Below are positions 61,902 to 64,000 of a stretch of DNA of 64,000 nucleotides, piece after piece (within the stretch, counting starts at the first letter, position 1; each line of letters opens with the position of its first letter). The translations under genes and the position numbers were made by a program. Origin of the DNA: a virus. The stretch lies in IMG/VR virus record IMGVR_UViG_3300046792_000213, positions 1 through 64,000 of that record. One strand, given 5' to 3'. The notes beneath the pieces are model-generated. The model saw nothing but the letters and a program-made list of their open reading frames with translations. It made no database searches and was not told where the DNA came from.

Positions 61902-62704
61902 GCTGCGGCCTCCGCTTTCCTTGTGGCGGCGGCACGGAATTTGTTGATGCGCTCCGCGACGTCCTTCACCGGCAGTCCGACCTGATTGGCGATGGTGTGG
62001 GCTGACAGGCCGAATCCGGCGAGGTGCGCGATCTCTTTGCTGCGGAGTTCGTCGCGCTTGGGGCTGGGCGGCTGGTACCCGAGGCCGTCGGTGTCTGGCT
62101 GGGCGTCGGGGTCGTCGATGTTGTCCCAGGCGAGGGGGCCGTACCAGCCGCGGGCGATGGCCATGCCGCGGGCGGTCGGCGAGTCCCCGGCCTTGGTGAT
62201 CCACTGCGGGTACAGTGCTGCGACTTTCCGGGCAACGTCCTTGGCGACTTTCTGTCGCTGGCCTGCGGCGATGGGCCGGATGGCGGCGCGTGAAATGCCG
62301 ATGGCGTCGGCGATGGCGTACTGGGGGTGGCCGATGACGTTGAGGGCGCGGATGCGTCGGATCGTGCCTGTGGGGTCAGTCCAGTAGCCGTGGTGTTCGG
62401 TGTCGTCGGTGGGTTGGAAGGCGAGGATGGCCTCTGCGGTCTCGCGGAAGGCTTCGGTGTGGGTGCCGCTGGCAAGGCGGCCGATGGTGTAGGTGGAGAC
62501 GCCGGTGGCGGCTGCGAGGCTGGTCTGTGTCCAGTCGGCGGCGAGCAGTTCGCGGATGCGAGCGGCGGCGGGTGCGCCGTCGATGCGGCGTCGCCCTTCG
62601 TGGTGGCGGCGGAGGTCGTATTCCTTGCAGTAGCGGAGGTGCTTGTCGCGGCAGGCGGGGTGGTCGCAGCCGCGGAGGTAGCAGGCACGGGACGGGGCGC
62701 TCAT
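61898..62704 (-). CDS. Multi-HTH phage DNA-binding protein
   Basis: Y..GC..PAC; two XRE-like HTH; PLAWDNIDDP. Confidence 0.7.
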   Translation of the reverse strand: MSAPSRACYLRGCDHPACRDKHLRYCKEYDLRRHHEGRRRIDGAPAAARIRELLAADWTQTSLAAATGVSTYTIGRLASGTHTEAFRETAEAILAFQPTDDTEHHGYWTDPTGTIRRIRALNVIGHPQYAIADAIGISRAAIRPIAAGQRQKVAKDVARKVAALYPQWITKAGDSPTARGMAIARGWYGPLAWDNIDDPDAQPDTDGLGYQPPSPKRDELRSKEIAHLAGFGLSAHTIANQVGLPVKDVAERINKFRAAATRKAEAAA

Positions 62705-63030
62705 GCTGCGGCCTCCGCTCGCTGGTCGGCAGGGATGCCGATCCACTGGTGGACGAGGGAGCTGTGGACGCCGGGCCGGCTGCTCTTGCCGGTCTCGCAG
62801 TAGGCCTCGATGAGGCCGTCCTTCTTCAGCAGGCCGGGGAGAAGGCCCCACTGGGATTGCGACTTGGGAGGATCGGGAAGCCCGGCCTTCGTGGCTATCT
62901 GGCTGATGGTGAATGGCTGGCCGGTGTTGGCGGCGGCGACGTAGGCGGGCCACACGGCTTTGACCCATTCCTCGTAGTCGTCCACGCGGCCGGGGAGGGT
63001 GGGCATGCCGGGCAGCGGCGTGGCGGTCAT
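62701..63030 (-). CDS. Hypothetical winged-helix-like protein
   Basis: WG.L...L.KDGLI...SSRP..HSS.VHQW. Confidence 0.55.
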   Translation of the reverse strand: MTATPLPGMPTLPGRVDDYEEWVKAVWPAYVAAANTGQPFTISQIATKAGLPDPPKSQSQWGLLPGLLKKDGLIEAYCETGKSSRPGVHSSLVHQWIGIPADQRAEAAA

Positions 63031-63287
63031 GACGCGGCTCCGTTCTTGCGGCGGGCGTTGCGGCGTTTCATCGCGCGGCGCTCGTCCTCGCTGAGGCCAC
63101 CCCAGACACCGGCGTCCTGTCCGGTGTTGAGGGCCCACTGGAGGCAAAAGACCCTGACCGAACACATCCGGCACTCCCTCTTCGCTTCTTCGACCTGGAG
63201 GAGTGCCGGGCCGGTCTCGCCAACGGGGAACCAAAGGTCAGGCGTTTCGCTGTCCCTGCATCGCGCCTGCATGCGCCAGTCGCTCAT
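63027..63287 (-). CDS. whiB: WhiB-family transcription factor
   Basis: WRMQARC...DLWFP...AKRECRMCSVRVFC...GVWGGLSEDER. Confidence 0.92.
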   Translation of the reverse strand: MSDWRMQARCRDSETPDLWFPVGETGPALLQVEEAKRECRMCSVRVFCLQWALNTGQDAGVWGGLSEDERRAMKRRNARRKNGAAS

Positions 63288-63895
63288 GCCGCCATCCCCT
63301 TCACTCGCCGGGCTTCCTTGGAGTCCAGGTGGTTGCAAATGCGCGATATGGCGGAGGAGTCGATGCCGTACCAAGCGCCGAGTTCCGTCTGCGGGACGCC
63401 CAGTGCGTAGAGGGCGCGGACGTCCTCGCGCTCCTCTTCGGTGAGTTTCACCGGCTTCGGCACGTCGTCGGCGCCGACGAGGCCCTTGTCGATGGCCCTC
63501 TGCACCGCCTGGTGCGCGCTCTCCCGGCCGCTGTACTTCAAGGTCTCCGCGATCTCGGCATACGACAGTCCGGACGAGCGGAGGATCGCCGCTGCCTTGT
63601 GGCGGTCGTCCTTGCCGAGTCGCCGCCACGTGCGCGCGGCATGCTCAACATTGGTCACTGCGTCCAGGTGGTCCGGGTTGATGCAGATGGTGTTCTGGCA
63701 GGTGTGGTCGATCTCGTGGTTCAGGGGGATCGGGCCCTTGTGGTACTCGAAAGAGGCGCGGTGGGCCCATAGGGTGCGCTGCCCCCTGGGCCGAGAGTCG
63801 TCGTAGACGCGCCCGTATCCGTTGCTGTCGGCGTAGCCCTGCCACTCCCAGCAGGAAGTGACCGGGTCCACGACATAGCGGCTCAGGTCGGTCAT
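63284..63895 (-). CDS. HNH endonuclease with C-terminal HTH (homing type)
   Basis: CWEWQG...GYG...AHR...IDHTCQNTICINPDHL. Confidence 0.85.
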   Translation of the reverse strand: MTDLSRYVVDPVTSCWEWQGYADSNGYGRVYDDSRPRGQRTLWAHRASFEYHKGPIPLNHEIDHTCQNTICINPDHLDAVTNVEHAARTWRRLGKDDRHKAAAILRSSGLSYAEIAETLKYSGRESAHQAVQRAIDKGLVGADDVPKPVKLTEEEREDVRALYALGVPQTELGAWYGIDSSAISRICNHLDSKEARRVKGMAA

Positions 63896-64000
63896 GCCGT
63901 CCACCGCCTCGTGGGGATGCCCGCGGCTTCGGCCATGTCGGCGCAGCTGCTCGCACCGTGGGAGGGGTGCGGGTCGGTGCGGCGGCAACGGGGCGACGTG

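Larger units (their letters stand above)
15117..64000 (-). mobile_element. Temperate siphophage genome or prophage, incomplete at the right edge
   Basis: Complete, uninterrupted terminase-head-tail-lysis set plus replication genes. Confidence 0.92.

Overview
High-GC (visually about 70%) actinobacterial mobile DNA, most like Streptomycetaceae, with no recognisable host housekeeping genes. Two modules converge at a terminator near 15,040. (1) About 1-15,020: a Streptomyces plasmid/AICE-type conjugation region with a KorSA-like GntR regulator, an UTRA-only partner, an excisionase-like HTH, a Spd-like membrane protein, a TraB/FtsK translocase, a clt-like repeat tract and a run of small genes sharing a leader sequence. 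(2) About 15,100-64,000, almost all on the minus strand: an apparently intact temperate siphophage with antirepressor, lysis cassette, tail, head, terminase, a tRNA cluster, late regulators, lipoproteins, Ku, a Cre-like recombinase with an adjacent lox/dif-like site, a DNA methyltransferase, a replication initiator with internal iterons, a helicase loader, a beta-clamp-like protein, WhiB and HNH genes. The element runs off both ends of the window. The most striking signal is a circularly permuted tRNA-like RNA (T-arm half before D-arm half, no anticodon loop; YrlA/Y-RNA-like topology but no Ro60 gene in the window) wedged between tRNA-fMet and tRNA-Trp. Second is the apparent union of a TraB conjugation system, plasmid-type resolution and copy-control elements, and a full virion gene set, consistent with a conjugative phage-plasmid. 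All family assignments come from motif recognition by eye; no database search was run.
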